Source: an uncultured cyanobacterium (lineage in GTDB: Bacteria > Cyanobacteriota > Cyanobacteriia > Cyanobacteriales > Cyanobacteriaceae). Taken from it: a DNA stretch of 64,000 nt. Shown piece after piece: positions 1-11,756 of the stretch (positions within the stretch are counted from its first letter, which is position 1; the number at the start of each line of letters is the position of its first letter). The stretch is taken from contig CAVVOP010000022.1 of NCBI GenBank assembly GCA_963749915.1, positions 288,001 to 352,000 of the forward strand. The letters are read 5' to 3'. The notes under the pieces were generated by a model. That model was not told the origin of the DNA, did no database searches, and saw nothing but the letters and a program-made list of their open reading frames with translations. The translations under genes were made by a program, and so were the position numbers.

Positions 1-1180
1 GAGGATAATGAAGAACTGGGATAATATTAGGTAAATCAGAAACCACCGTGTAAGTTTGAATAATTCTTCTAGTGTCGCTTTTGACAAAAGGCATATTTAA
101 GCTAAACTGAGAATTCCAAGGATTGCGGTTAATATCGATGGTTTCATCTTCTCTAGAAATTTCCCAGCCTTGTCCAGTATAACGATCAAAGGCTAACACT
201 CTCCAAAAACCTGCCCCTTGAGAGCGTATTCTTAACACAATTTTCTTCTCAAGGATACGTCCCTGTAAATTCTGATTAATGGTAGTATTAAAACCATAGT
301 AAGAATTATCAGGGTTGTCACCGCTACCTCCATCACCAATTAAATCCCCGTCACCGTTGCGACTACCATCTCGGTTGTATCCGGGATTAACAATACCTCT
401 ACCTTTCTCCCCTTGGAATTTTTTTTGTAACCCATCAGGTGCACTCACAGGAAAACTCTGTAATTTATAACCCGGATAACGAGGCATGATAGCAAAAAGA
501 GATAAACCCAGGACGATCACAATTAGGACAAAGCTAGTTAACTTTTTCGGGGATAAGGCAGAATTTTGCCACCACTGTTGTTTTTTACTGGTGTTTTTTT
601 CCCGTTGAATTTGCCTATATTCTACTTCCCATATTTTTAACCCCATTCTTGAGCGATAATCTAATATCATTGTGGGAATTGCTATCAATAAAAATAATAA
701 CAACCAAGGTGCAAACGCTAAAGTTTGGGATAGAGTAGCCGATACCCCAATCAGGATTAAACCGATAATCATGGAGTAACCTAAGTCTTTTCTTCTTGGT
801 AAATCAAAGCTATGTAAAACCTGTAACTGTACTAAAAATTCCGCTAATACTAACCGATTATCAAATAAATTCTCTAAGAGATTGCCCAAAAATACTACTA
901 ATATTATGATCATTGCCATCGCCAAACCAAACTTGAGACTAATATTAGGCTTTTTGCGTCGTTGCCAACTAATAATGGCACCCACAATACTTAAGGGAAT
1001 CGCCCAAAAACTCATAGAAGATTCACCTCTAGCCGCTATGTCCGTAGCGATAATCCCCACAATTACCATAGTTTGCACCAATACTCGTAATAAAATAGAT
1101 TCTTCCGTTTTCGGAGGGGGTAAGGATTTAATATGAGAAATAATGGTGTTAATACTAGCTATTTGGCGTAATGCTTCCAT
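1..1180 (-). CDS. Membrane protein of the DUF3488/transglutaminase (TgpA-like) family, N-terminal part; runs off the window start
   Basis: Read manually, not in the ORF track. ATG at 1180-1178 opens MEALRQIASINTIISHIKSLPPPKTEESILLRVLVQTMVIVGIIATDIAA. Later it has several TM segments, LQVLHSFDLPRRKDLGYSMIIGLIL and RSQGAGFWRVLAFDRYTGQGW. Confidence 0.75.
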   Translation of the reverse strand, partial: MEALRQIASINTIISHIKSLPPPKTEESILLRVLVQTMVIVGIIATDIAARGESSMSFWAIPLSIVGAIISWQRRKKPNISLKFGLAMAMIIILVVFLGNLLENLFDNRLVLAEFLVQLQVLHSFDLPRRKDLGYSMIIGLILIGVSATLSQTLAFAPWLLLFLLIAIPTMILDYRSRMGLKIWEVEYRQIQREKNTSKKQQWWQNSALSPKKLTSFVLIVIVLGLSLFAIMPRYPGYKLQSFPVSAPDGLQKKFQGEKGRGIVNPGYNRDGSRNGDGDLIGDGGSGDNPDNSYYGFNTTINQNLQGRILEKKIVLRIRSQGAGFWRVLAFDRYTGQGWEISREDETIDINRNPWNSQFSLNMPFVKSDTRRIIQTYTVVSDLPNIIPVLHYP

Positions 1181-1493
1181 GAAAGTAATTCGTTATAGGT
1201 TAAATAGATGGGGGCAATTTTATCGCCAGGAAAAGATAAGGATGCAAAGTTTTATTATAAGTTTACTGACTCTAATAACCGTTTTACTTTCTGTCGATAA
1301 CTTAAAAATTCACCCCCAATAATATTACTAAAAACTAAGAAGAATGTCATCCCAAGTGACAAAAGAGAGTTATATCCCCCAGAATTGGGGTTAGGGGGAA
1401 ATCCTCTCTATAATTAATTTTAGTAAAAAGCAAATCTTCTCTATAATTAATGGAAATTAAGGACAAAATTACACACTTCTTATTGATGAACAA

Positions 1494-2705
1494 ATGACTC
1501 AGAATAGCAATATTTCTCTCTCCATGATTGTCAAAAACGAGGCACATAATCTCCCTGATTGTCTCAATAGTGTCAAAAATTTGGTCCATGAGATGATAGT
1601 CATCGATACAGGCTCAACGGACAACACTAAAGAAATAGCTCATAGTTTAGGGGCAAAGGTTTATGATTGTTCATGGCAAGAAGATTTTGCTCAAGCCCGA
1701 AATTACGCCTTAAAATACGTTAATACAGAATGGGTTTTAGTGTTAGATGCCGACGAAGTTTTAAACCCGTCAATTATTCCTTACATCCAAGAAGTGGTCA
1801 CCGTAAAAGATAATCTCGTAGTCAATTTAATTCGTCACGAAATTGGGGCCCTTTCTTCTCCTTATTCTCAGTTATCCCGTTTATTTCGTAAGCATCCTGA
1901 CGTCAAATTTTCTCGTCCTTATCATGCTTTAATTGATGATGCGGTTTTATCTTTGCAAAAAACAGAAACTCATTGGCGAATTGTCGATTTACCTGAGATT
2001 GCCATTCAACATTATGGTTATCAACCGCAAATTATAGCTGAAGGGGGTAAAACTAAACGGGCAAAAAAAGCCATGGAGTCTTATTTAAGTCAAAATCCTA
2101 ATGATGCTTACGTGTGCAATAAATTGGGGGCTTTATACTTAGACTTGGGCGACACCAAAAAAGGTCTAAAACTGCTTAAGCGCGGCTTAAAATCGAATCT
2201 AGCCACTACTGCAACGTTATTTGAGCTACACTACCATCTTGCTAATGCTTTCGTTAAGGAAAAACAATGGGATATGGCGGTTAAACATTATCAAAAGGCG
2301 ATCGCACAACCCCTTTTAGCTATACTCAAGTTGGGAGCTTATCATAACCTGGGTAGTTTATGTTATCAGGGAAAAGATTATAACAATGCCATTAAGCTAT
2401 ATCAAGAATGCTTAAAAATTGAGCCAAATTTTGCCTTAGCTTATTATAATTTGGGCTTAACTTATCGAGCAATGGGGCGTAATTTTAAAGCCGTTGATGC
2501 CTATCAACACGCCATTAAACTTAATCCAAATTATCCCTGGTCATATCAAAATTTAGGGGTATTATTACTTAAACAAGGGGAATTGGAGGATAGTTTCAAA
2601 GCCTTCCAACAAGCCTATGATTTACATAAACAGCAAAATCCTAAAGTGGCACAGGAATTAAAACAAGAGTTGTTAAATATAGCCATAGAGTTAATTGATA
2701 GCTGA
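1494..2705 (+). CDS. Glycosyltransferase family 2 with C-terminal TPR repeats
   Basis: SLSMIVKNE, DTGSTD and LDADE GT2 motifs; TPR-like AYYNLG and SYQNLG repeats. Confidence 0.9.
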   Translation: MTQNSNISLSMIVKNEAHNLPDCLNSVKNLVHEMIVIDTGSTDNTKEIAHSLGAKVYDCSWQEDFAQARNYALKYVNTEWVLVLDADEVLNPSIIPYIQEVVTVKDNLVVNLIRHEIGALSSPYSQLSRLFRKHPDVKFSRPYHALIDDAVLSLQKTETHWRIVDLPEIAIQHYGYQPQIIAEGGKTKRAKKAMESYLSQNPNDAYVCNKLGALYLDLGDTKKGLKLLKRGLKSNLATTATLFELHYHLANAFVKEKQWDMAVKHYQKAIAQPLLAILKLGAYHNLGSLCYQGKDYNNAIKLYQECLKIEPNFALAYYNLGLTYRAMGRNFKAVDAYQHAIKLNPNYPWSYQNLGVLLLKQGELEDSFKAFQQAYDLHKQQNPKVAQELKQELLNIAIELIDS

Positions 2706-2835
2706 TAGAAGTTGAAATAATCAATTTAGATATTGTTAATATCAGTTCAATGAATTAAATAACAGCAAAAGGCAAAGCAGGTAAGGCTTCTCGAAAGTTT
2801 TACCCTTATTCTTCATGGATACTTTATTAAAAAAA

Positions 2836-2849
2836 GTAACAATTTAGAC
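2836..2849 (+). promoter_or_regulatory. Possible NtcA site upstream of nblA
   Basis: GTA-acaattta-GAC, one mismatch to GTA-N8-TAC, about 80 bp upstream of nblA. Confidence 0.35.
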
Positions 2850-2928
2850 AGATTTCTTGACAAAGTTGCAGTTTTAATATCCATATGTTGGCTTAATTAT
2901 CTAACAGACCAATTGAGGAGTGAAATTT

Positions 2929-3096
2929 ATGGAAACACCAGCAACACTTAGTCTTGAACAACAATTCAAATTAGAAGTATTAAAAGATCAAGTTAACAAA
3001 TTGAGTCATGAACAAGCACAAGAATATCTCATTGAGGTATTCCGTCAAATGATGGTAAAAGATAACATCATGAAACAATTACTCAAAAATGCTTAA
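2929..3096 (+). CDS. nblA: Phycobilisome degradation protein NblA (55 aa)
   Basis: Manual translation METPATLSLEQQFKLEVLKDQVNKLSHEQAQEYLIEVFRQMMVKDNIMKQLLKNA; LSLEQQF and QMMVKDN signature; GAGGAG SD. Confidence 0.95.
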   Translation: METPATLSLEQQFKLEVLKDQVNKLSHEQAQEYLIEVFRQMMVKDNIMKQLLKNA

Positions 3097-3611
3097 TTTG
3101 TTTTAATTAAAAACGTATATTTAGCTATTTCGTTAAATTAACTTATCCTAGATCCGAATCCCCAAAAGTTCTCAATTTGGTTCCTACTAAGGTAATCAAA
3201 CGAGAACTACTATGAAAAAGAATTTTTGAGATTTTTTTTGCTTAATTCTTCATAGTACAAATTAACACATTGAAAGGGCTGACCCTAAAAGTTAGTAACA
3301 GGAAAAATCTGGTCCTCTTAGTAATGCTACTTACTCATACAAAACAATTTCTCAAAAACGAATTAGAAGATCTGCCTCATCTCTTCCGGCAAATATTTAA
3401 ATCATTATCAATTTGATTTAGAAGAAAAATAGAGTAAGAATACTTACATAGAGATTTGATTTTAGTTTATATTTTAAAATTTTATTGAATCTAGTTAGAG
3501 TGGTTTTATCCACAAGTTTTCGGTAAAGTTCTGTAATAAATTTAATCAAAATAACGCGGAAACTATTATAATAAAAATGATTTGTTTAATTAACTGATTT
3601 TATTATTAATT

Positions 3612-4517
3612 ATGACCGCTAATTCTAATCCCTCTGAACAGCAAAACACGACCTTTTCAGCTGATGATTTTGCTCAAGCCTTAGAACGGGAACAGTATGA
3701 CTATCATTTTAACAAGGGAGACATAGTAAAAGGGAAAGTGTTTCAGCATGATTCTGGCGGCGTTTATGTTGATATTGGCGGAAAATCTCCCGGTTTTGTG
3801 CCTTTGAGTGAGGCTTCTTGGCAACAGATGACTAATATAGCTGATCTTCTACCTCTCCATGAAGAATTTGAATTTCTCATCATTAAAGAACAAGATTCGG
3901 AGGGGCAGGTGAAATTGTCTCGTCGTCAGCTTTTCATTGAACAAGCATGGGACAATCTAGCTGAAATCCAGGAAAAAGGAAAAGTAATTCAAATGTTGGT
4001 GACTGGCGTCAATCGTGGCGGTGTCATTGGACAAGTTGACGGTTTAAGAGCATTTATTCCTCGATCTCATTTAATCGAAAAAGATGATTTTGAAAAATTG
4101 ATTGATCAATCCCTATCGGCGAATGTGTTACAAATTGATCGCTCCCAAAATAAGATTGTACTCACTCAAAGAGATTTAGCTCGATCAGCCGCTATGTCTC
4201 ATTTACAAGAAGGAGAAGTGGTACCAGGAAAAATAGTCAAAATTCAACCCTATGGAGTCTTCGTGGATTTTGGCGGTATTGCGGGGTTATTACATATAAA
4301 ACAAATTAGTGGAGGACAAGTTAGTTCCCTAAGTAATGTCTTTAAGATTGGAGAAGAAGTCAAAGTTGTCGTATTAGAGATTGACGAGATCAAAAATCGA
4401 ATTTCTTTGTCCACTAAAGTGTTAGAAACCTATCCAGGAGAATTTTTGGAGAAAAAAGAGTTAGTCATGGAAACTGCCGAACAACGGTTAGCTGACAAAA
4501 AAGCAAAAAGCATTTAA
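3612..4517 (+). CDS. S1 RNA-binding domain protein (ribosomal protein S1 homolog, Rps1b-like)
   Basis: Three S1 domains (GDIVKGKV...VYVDIGGK, GLRAFIPRSHL, PYGVFVDFGGIAGLLHI). Confidence 0.88.
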   Translation: MTANSNPSEQQNTTFSADDFAQALEREQYDYHFNKGDIVKGKVFQHDSGGVYVDIGGKSPGFVPLSEASWQQMTNIADLLPLHEEFEFLIIKEQDSEGQVKLSRRQLFIEQAWDNLAEIQEKGKVIQMLVTGVNRGGVIGQVDGLRAFIPRSHLIEKDDFEKLIDQSLSANVLQIDRSQNKIVLTQRDLARSAAMSHLQEGEVVPGKIVKIQPYGVFVDFGGIAGLLHIKQISGGQVSSLSNVFKIGEEVKVVVLEIDEIKNRISLSTKVLETYPGEFLEKKELVMETAEQRLADKKAKSI

Positions 4518-4849
4518 TAGACATGTCCAACAATTATGCTAGAAGCCTTATGGCGTTGTTCAAAAGTAAAGGTTTTTGGAAAAGTCTATTTAGTCATTAG
4601 TCAAGAAATTGTTATTTTATGTGAACTTTGTATTAATCATGTTATTAGTTTTGCTTCAGTCTTGTTCACTCAAAGCATAAGAAATTTATATCATTTATTT
4701 AAAAATAAAGTGACATTTGTTGATAGATTGAGCTAGAATTTACACTTATAAAATAATTGTTATTTAATGTTTAACATTGTGAATTATCGTTAATTCGATA
4801 GTTTGCCTTTAAAATTTTAGCGTGTGACGAGTAAAAGGGAATTTTATCC

Positions 4850-6142
4850 ATGAATCTGAAGTCGACATCAACAAAAGCACCTCAAGTCGTTTTGGCTATA
4901 ACTTTGGGGTTAATTGTTTCTCCTGAATCTGCCAAAGCCGCCTCCAGTTTAACCACCGAAAGTTTGGAGCTTTCCGAGCCTACTTTATTGGTTAATAATG
5001 CTAAACAAGTATCAATGCTAGTAGAAGCATCAAATACCATTAGTTCTGAATTGAGTAATGATATTTCAGCCACTGCCATCGATAATGTTCGAAAAAACAC
5101 TTATGCTATCGCAAAGGGCCGTCGATTTACGCCAGTAGGAGAATTAACGAAGGAAAAAGTAGAACTTAATTTTGTTAATACTGCTAATTTACCCCCTCAA
5201 AATTCTGGTAGTGCCTCGGATCTTCCTTCCCTGATAGCATCTAATGATAATCCAACTCCTACAGTAGTTCCAGCTAATGCCTTACCTATACCGGTAGAAG
5301 TGCAGTTTCAAGAAGTAAATACGGACACTGAATCTCAATTCATTTCCATCCCCATTAAAGTTGAAAATAACACTAATCCTCCTAATACTCGCCATACTTC
5401 TAATATCGGAGATACTGCTAGTGTTATAAATATACCTGTTGCCTCTCCGGCTAATGAGCCATTTGTGGTGCAACAAACTCAAACAGATTCACCGGGGATC
5501 CGAATAAATGTAGAGCAACCAACATTGATTAGTAATACTAATCGATCAATTAATCAAAATTTCGATCAAAGAAATAGTCGAATCATTAATCCTTCTGTGG
5601 ATAAAGAGGAAGAAAGTTATTCTCCAAACTTAGTCAGTTCTGTGCCCATTCAGGTAGAGTCTTATAATCCTTTGATTACTCCTTCAGCAGGAGAAATGGT
5701 TTCTCCTGACCTACCCCAAATTAATTCCCCTGAACCTTATTTACCAGAAGGAAATCGCCCTTTTAACGGTTATATTTGGCCTGCCAAGGGAGTTTTTACC
5801 TCTGGTTATGGTTGGCGTTGGGGTAGAATGCACCGAGGAATAGATATTGCCGCTCCGGTTGGCACCCCTATTGTAGCGGCGGCGGGTGGTGAGGTTATTT
5901 CTGCGGGTTGGAATTCTGGTGGTTTTGGTAACTTAGTTAAAATCAGACACTCTGACGGGACAGTAACTTTTTATGCCCATAACAGCAAAATCCATGTTCG
6001 TCAAGGAGAATATGTTAAACAAGGACAGCACATCGCCAATATGGGTAGTACTGGTTTTAGTACTGGTCCTCACTTACATTTTGAAATTCATCCTCAGGGG
6101 GAAAAGGCTGTTAACCCCATAGCTTTGTTACCCAGAAAATAG
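4850..6142 (+). CDS. M23 family metallopeptidase (NlpD-like) with a long low-complexity N-terminus
   Basis: HRGIDIAAPVGTPI, YAHNS and STGPHLHFE M23 motifs; signal-like N-terminus. Confidence 0.9.
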   Translation: MNLKSTSTKAPQVVLAITLGLIVSPESAKAASSLTTESLELSEPTLLVNNAKQVSMLVEASNTISSELSNDISATAIDNVRKNTYAIAKGRRFTPVGELTKEKVELNFVNTANLPPQNSGSASDLPSLIASNDNPTPTVVPANALPIPVEVQFQEVNTDTESQFISIPIKVENNTNPPNTRHTSNIGDTASVINIPVASPANEPFVVQQTQTDSPGIRINVEQPTLISNTNRSINQNFDQRNSRIINPSVDKEEESYSPNLVSSVPIQVESYNPLITPSAGEMVSPDLPQINSPEPYLPEGNRPFNGYIWPAKGVFTSGYGWRWGRMHRGIDIAAPVGTPIVAAAGGEVISAGWNSGGFGNLVKIRHSDGTVTFYAHNSKIHVRQGEYVKQGQHIANMGSTGFSTGPHLHFEIHPQGEKAVNPIALLPRK

Positions 6143-6280
6143 AAATAAAATGCAAAATCGTCTTTGCATACTCAGCAGATAAGTTATAAGCGATAAGTAA
6201 TTGATTCTGTTGGCGAACTAAACAAATTCCCCTGACTTCCAAGATTTTCGGCTTTAATGTTAAGTTGACCAACAGTATCG

Positions 6281-7153
6281 TTAACTGTTAATTGTTTCTA
6301 ACCATTTTTGTAAAAGAGGGTTAACAATTTCTGGGGCTTCGTCTTGAGGACAATGCCCTAAACCTTCTAACTCGATAAAATCTTTTACCATAGGATAATT
6401 AGCTAATTCTTTGCCTAATTCAACAGACTCCCATGGATCCCCTGTGCCCCAAAAAAAGGTTATCGGACAGGGTAAAATAGGCAGTAAATCTTCAGGTAAA
6501 GCACCTTGAGAATAACCCGTAAAGGCCAAAAAAACTTCTGCGGCACCTTTATCTTGTGATGGTTGATAAATTAAGTCGATTAACTCATCGGTTATGGCTT
6601 CTTTTTTTTGGTAGGCTTGAGAAAGCAGATTTTTGATTACTTTTGGCTTGGCAATTTGCCGGTAAAAAAAGTTCCCGATACGAGGATTCGTCAATACTTT
6701 TTGCATGAGTGTCGCCCCAAGATTTCGATACCATCCTAGTGTTTCCCGTTTGCGATCGTGTAATAATCTTAAAGAACAATTAAGTGCTGCTATTCCTAAA
6801 ACCAATTCATGATTATCAACGGCGGTTTGCATTGCCACCACACAACCGATGGAGTTACCAATCAAATAAACTGGAGTTTTTACTACTTCTCTACAAAAAT
6901 CTGCCACTTGTCGGCTCCAGGTTTCAAAGGTATAATCAAAAGGTTGTCCCGGCGGGGGTTTAGCGGATGCACCAAAACCGAGTAAATCAATGGCATAACA
7001 ACGGAAATGTTGCCCTAAAAACGGTAAATTATGCCGCCAATGACCACTATTCGCCCCAAACCCATGTATGAAAACGATTGCCTTTCCTCTGTCGCCGTAG
7101 CTTTGATAACCGATACTAAAGCCTTGCCATTGCCACATTTTATAGTTACTCAT
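6281..7153 (-). CDS. Alpha/beta fold hydrolase
   Basis: HGFGA, DLLGFG, GNSIG nucleophile elbow, GHCPQDE. Confidence 0.9.
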   Translation of the reverse strand: MSNYKMWQWQGFSIGYQSYGDRGKAIVFIHGFGANSGHWRHNLPFLGQHFRCYAIDLLGFGASAKPPPGQPFDYTFETWSRQVADFCREVVKTPVYLIGNSIGCVVAMQTAVDNHELVLGIAALNCSLRLLHDRKRETLGWYRNLGATLMQKVLTNPRIGNFFYRQIAKPKVIKNLLSQAYQKKEAITDELIDLIYQPSQDKGAAEVFLAFTGYSQGALPEDLLPILPCPITFFWGTGDPWESVELGKELANYPMVKDFIELEGLGHCPQDEAPEIVNPLLQKWLETINS

Positions 7154-7228
7154 CCTTCCTGAAATTTAGGACCAAAATTACTATGGGTTTTGATAGTTTA
7201 TTTTTAATGATATCTATTAGCTTATAAT

Positions 7229-9148
7229 TTATGCTTTAATTTGATTTTTACTTAGTAAACTATTTTGCATTTCTAAATAGATTAATAAAGCATTGACATC
7301 CGCAGGATTCACTCCCCCAATTCTAGCGGCCTGTCCGATGGTTAAAGGTCTTACTTTTGTCAGTTTTTCCCTCGCTTCCATGGATAAAGTTTCTATTTTC
7401 ATATAATCTAATTTTTCGTCTAATTTACGGTTACTATGACGGGCAATTTGCTCAATTTGATTTTGTTGTCTTTTAATATAACCAGAATATTTGATTTCGA
7501 TTTCTGCACCCTCTTTTTCTATTTTATTTAACCTAGGATTATGTAAGTTATATTTTTCTAAATCTTGATAATGAAAACCTGGGCGACGCAATAAATCCGC
7601 TAAAGTAATTGAGCCTTTGATTTTTTGCTCTGTGTCTTCAACAATTTTTATGGCTACTTCTTCTCTTTCTTTAATTCTCGTCTCATATAATCTTTCTTGT
7701 TCAGCAATAATGTTTTCTTGTTTACTTATATATAGGTTCCAACGGCGATCGCATATTAAACCAATTTCTCGTCCTAAAGGGGTCAAACGTTGATCAGCAT
7801 TATCCGAGCGTAAAATCAAACGATATTCTGAGCGTGAGGTTAACATTCGATAAGGCTCACGGAGGTCTTTAGTACATAAGTCATCAATTAAAGTACCGAG
7901 ATAACTTTGCTCACGGGAAAAAACAATCATCTCCTGATTTTGGGCAAAACGGGCGGCATTAATACCAGCAACGATACCTTGGGCGGCGGCTTCCTCATAA
8001 CCTGTTGTACCATTAATTTGTCCAGCGGAGAATAACCCCTCAATTTTTTTCGTCATCAAAGTGGGATAACATTGAGTGGCAGGTAAAAAGTCGTACTCCA
8101 CCGCATAGGCAGGGCGTAACATGAGGCAATTTTCTAAGCCCGGAAGGGTCTGTAACATAGCTAACTGAATATTTTCGGGCAACCCCGTCGAAAAGCCTTG
8201 TATATATAACTCTGGGATGTCTCTGCCTTCAGGTTCAATAAAAATTTGATGACTTTGTTTATCAGCAAAACGCACGATTTTGTCTTCAATACTAGGGCAA
8301 TATCGAGGTCCTTTGGAGTCGATAAAACCGCCGTAAATAGGGGATAAATGCAAGTTATCCTTAATTAATGTATGGGTTGCTTGGGTGGTGCGAGTGAGAT
8401 AGCAGTTCATTTGTTCACGTTCAATCCACAGTTGGGGATCAAAACTAAACCAGCGTATTTCGTCATCAGGGGGTTGTACTTCCATTTTTGTGTAATCTAC
8501 CGTGCGTTTATCAACCCTTGCCGGAGTACCAGTTTTCAGTCTGCCGGTTTCAAAGCCTAAATCGTTGAGGGTTTGTGTTAAGCCAATAGCGGCAAATTCT
8601 CCCGCCCTTCCGGCAGCCATGGATTTTTCCCCAATCCAGATTTTTCCATTTAAAAATGTGCCTGTAGTTAAAACCACTGCTTTAGTTTTAAAACAAGTGC
8701 CGAAATAAGTTTGAATACCGATAACTTCATCATTTTTGCCTAAGACTAAATCTGTCACCATACCTTCCCTAATAGATAAGTTAGGCTCATTTTCAACAAT
8801 ATTTTTCATCACAGCGGCATATTCTCGTTTATCGGTTTGAGCCCGTAATGCCCACACCGCAGGCCCCCTGGAATTATTTAATACTCTTTTTTGTAGGTAA
8901 GTGCGATCGGCCATCTTGCCAATTTCGCCTCCCAACGCGTCAACTTCGTGGGTAAGTTGAGATTTTGCTGGACCTCCCACCGCCGGATTACAAGGTTGCC
9001 ACGCAATTTTATCTAAGTTAAGAGTCAACATCATGGTACGACAACCCAACCTAGCACTAGCTAAAGCGGCTTCGCAACCAGAATGACCTCCGCCAATTAT
9101 AATTACGTCAAACTCATCTTGAAATTCTACGGGGGTTTTAATGGTCAT
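7229..9148 (-). CDS. mnmG: tRNA uridine-5-carboxymethylaminomethyl synthesis enzyme MnmG (GidA)
   Basis: [44 protein letters not shown]. Confidence 0.97.
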   Translation of the reverse strand: MTIKTPVEFQDEFDVIIIGGGHSGCEAALASARLGCRTMMLTLNLDKIAWQPCNPAVGGPAKSQLTHEVDALGGEIGKMADRTYLQKRVLNNSRGPAVWALRAQTDKREYAAVMKNIVENEPNLSIREGMVTDLVLGKNDEVIGIQTYFGTCFKTKAVVLTTGTFLNGKIWIGEKSMAAGRAGEFAAIGLTQTLNDLGFETGRLKTGTPARVDKRTVDYTKMEVQPPDDEIRWFSFDPQLWIEREQMNCYLTRTTQATHTLIKDNLHLSPIYGGFIDSKGPRYCPSIEDKIVRFADKQSHQIFIEPEGRDIPELYIQGFSTGLPENIQLAMLQTLPGLENCLMLRPAYAVEYDFLPATQCYPTLMTKKIEGLFSAGQINGTTGYEEAAAQGIVAGINAARFAQNQEMIVFSREQSYLGTLIDDLCTKDLREPYRMLTSRSEYRLILRSDNADQRLTPLGREIGLICDRRWNLYISKQENIIAEQERLYETRIKEREEVAIKIVEDTEQKIKGSITLADLLRRPGFHYQDLEKYNLHNPRLNKIEKEGAEIEIKYSGYIKRQQNQIEQIARHSNRKLDEKLDYMKIETLSMEAREKLTKVRPLTIGQAARIGGVNPADVNALLIYLEMQNSLLSKNQIKA

Positions 9149-9389
9149 ACTTTATTCTACATAACGCTGAAATTAAAGATTATACTTTCCATGATAACTT
9201 GAATGGGAAAACAGAAGTTTATTAACCCAATTTTAGATAACTGACGTTAGGCAAAAGTAAATATTAGCCATACTTCTGGAGTCAAGCGCAAAAAATGATA
9301 CCATAGATGCTTGTGCCTAATAAATAATTGCATATCAAACTATAAGCTAACAAAATATAATTAAAGGGTTGAGTAAGCACGGAAATAGC

Positions 9390-11279
9390 ATGAATCATCA
9401 ACAAGAGAGACAGTTCGACTACGTTAAAATTGGCATCGCATCTCCGGAAAGAATTCGGGAATGGGGACAAAGAACATTACCTAATGGCATTGTGGTAGGG
9501 GAAGTCACAACTCCAGAAACTATCAACTATCGTACCCTCAAGCCAGAAATGGATGGGTTATTTTGTGAGAAAATTTTTGGTCCTTCTAAAGATTGGGAAT
9601 GTTGGTGTGGGAAATATAAAAGAGTACGCCACAGAGGGATTGTCTGTGAGCGCTGCGGTGTCGAAGTAACTGAGTCACGGGTTCGCCGTCATCGCATGGG
9701 TTATATTAAATTGGCCGCTCCTGTAACTCATGTTTGGTACTTAAAAGGTATCCCTAGCTATTTAAGTATTTTGTTAGATATGCCTTTGCGGGATGTAGAA
9801 CAAGTAGTGTACTTCAACTCTCATGTAGTGCTAGATCCGGGTAATGCAACCAATTTGAGTTATCGTCAATTACTGTCCGAGGATCAGTGGATGGAAATTG
9901 AAGAACAAATTTATGCGGAAGATTCTGACTTAGAAGGCATCGAAGTAGGCATTGGTGCGGAAGCTGTTGAGCGTCTTTTACAGGAAATCAACCTTGAAGA
10001 GGAGGCAGAAAAATTAAGGGAAGAAATTGTCAATAGTAAAGGACAAAAAAGAGCGAAATTAATCAAAAGATTACGTTTGATTGATAATTTTATCGCCACA
10101 GGATCTAAGCCTGAATGGATGGTTTTAAGCGTGATTCCTGTCATTCCTCCCGATTTGCGTCCAATGGTACAGTTAGATGGTGGCCGTTTTGCAACTTCGG
10201 ATCTTAATGATCTTTACCGTCGCGTAATTAACCGTAATAATCGCTTATCTCGTTTACAAGAAATTCTTGCCCCGGAAATTATTATCCGCAACGAAAAGCG
10301 CATGTTACAGGAAGCCGTTGACGCTTTAATTGATAATGGCAGACGAGGACGCACGGTTGTTGGTGGTAATAATCGCCCCTTGAAATCTTTGTCAGATATT
10401 ATTGAAGGTAAGCAAGGGCGTTTCCGCCAAAATCTACTAGGTAAACGGGTTGACTATTCGGGACGATCAGTAATTGTAGTTGGTCCTAACCTACAAATAT
10501 ACCAATGCGGATTGCCCAGAGAAATGGCGATCGAACTTTTCCAACCCTTTGTGATTAACCGCTTAATCCGTTTAGGTATCGTCAATAACATTAAGGCGGC
10601 AAAAAAAATAATTCAAAAAACGGATCCCAGTATTTGGAAGGTTTTAGAAGAAGTAATCGCTGGCCACCCCGTGTTGTTAAACCGTGCACCTACCCTACAC
10701 CGTCTTGGCATTCAAGCTTTTGAGCCTGTATTAGTGGAAGGAAGAGCGATTCAATTACATCCTTTAGTCTGTCCCCCCTTTAACGCCGACTTTGATGGAG
10801 ACCAAATGGCGGTACACGTCCCTCTATCCATTGAAGCACAGTCGGAAGCACGGTTATTGATGATGGCTTGTCATAACATCCTGTCTCCGGCGACAGGTAA
10901 ACCGATTATTGCACCTTCTCAAGACATGGTTTTAGGTTGTTATTACCTCACCGCTGAAAATCCTGCCGCTACTAAAGGTGCTGGTACTTATTATGCCAAC
11001 CTTGACGATGCTTTACGTGCCTATGAACAAGGATTGGTTGATTTACACGCTTATATCTGGGTTCGTTTTGAAGGCGAAGTACAAACGGGTAAAGGTGATC
11101 ATGTGCTGGAAAAAGAGGAAACTTTAGCTGATGGTAGTGTTTGGAAATATTATCAAGGGCGTAAAGTGCGTGAAAATGCTGAGGGTGAACAAATTGCTCA
11201 ATATGTACACACCACTCCCGGACGTATTATTTACAATAAAACCATCATTGATGCCTTAGATTTCGATTTAGTACATTGA
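9390..11279 (+). CDS. rpoC1: RNA polymerase gamma subunit
   Basis: [12 protein letters not shown] catalytic motif, Zn-finger CWCGKYK...CERCG, ~630 aa split beta-prime; ATG at 9390 preferred over the upstream TTG at 9369. Confidence 0.97.
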   Translation: MNHQQERQFDYVKIGIASPERIREWGQRTLPNGIVVGEVTTPETINYRTLKPEMDGLFCEKIFGPSKDWECWCGKYKRVRHRGIVCERCGVEVTESRVRRHRMGYIKLAAPVTHVWYLKGIPSYLSILLDMPLRDVEQVVYFNSHVVLDPGNATNLSYRQLLSEDQWMEIEEQIYAEDSDLEGIEVGIGAEAVERLLQEINLEEEAEKLREEIVNSKGQKRAKLIKRLRLIDNFIATGSKPEWMVLSVIPVIPPDLRPMVQLDGGRFATSDLNDLYRRVINRNNRLSRLQEILAPEIIIRNEKRMLQEAVDALIDNGRRGRTVVGGNNRPLKSLSDIIEGKQGRFRQNLLGKRVDYSGRSVIVVGPNLQIYQCGLPREMAIELFQPFVINRLIRLGIVNNIKAAKKIIQKTDPSIWKVLEEVIAGHPVLLNRAPTLHRLGIQAFEPVLVEGRAIQLHPLVCPPFNADFDGDQMAVHVPLSIEAQSEARLLMMACHNILSPATGKPIIAPSQDMVLGCYYLTAENPAATKGAGTYYANLDDALRAYEQGLVDLHAYIWVRFEGEVQTGKGDHVLEKEETLADGSVWKYYQGRKVRENAEGEQIAQYVHTTPGRIIYNKTIIDALDFDLVH

Positions 11280-11297
11280 TTTGTAAATCCCCTAACT

Positions 11298-11717
11298 TCA
11301 TATTTTGCGGCAATAATAGAGGAGGACAAGAAAAGGGAAAGAGGGGCAATACTGAGAGGGATAGCGGTCAAACTTTATGATATGAGAAGTGTGCAGAGTG
11401 TGGTTGGTGTGGGAAGTATTCGATTTTTCTTCCCCCTCTTCCCCCCTCACAAGTGTAGGCTTTTTACAAAAGCATTCTGATGAGGGTGAAGACTTGCGGG
11501 GACAAGGGTGGAAAGTGGACAAGGAAGAGGGGAATTATTCAAGAAATACTTGGTTACAAGTAATACAGAAATTGCTGAAAAGACCATTTTTCGTTTGTAT
11601 TATCTTCCTTGTCTACTGTCCTTCGTTCCTTCCTTGTCTTGTCTCCACCCAAATGTTAAAAACCTACCCTTGTCAGATGGGGGGGAGACGAAGAGACTAA
11701 AAAACTCGAATACCTGA
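11298..11717. repeat. Purine/pyrimidine-biased palindromic repeat region (degenerate MITE-like)
   Basis: GGACAAGG-type units; 14-bp inverted repeat gtggacaaggaaga (11515-11528) / tcttccttgtctac (11603-11616). Confidence 0.5.
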
Positions 11718-11756
11718 AGATTACACAAAATTCTTCATTTCTAATTCCTAATTTTT

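Noticed and set aside
882..1589. ORFs 882-1136 (+) and 1347-1589 (-)
   Set aside because: Antisense shadows of the transglutaminase-family gene and the GT2 gene
9369..11279. rpoC1 separated from rpoB/rpoC2 as a novelty
   Set aside because: The same separation is known in Synechocystis-like cyanobacteria
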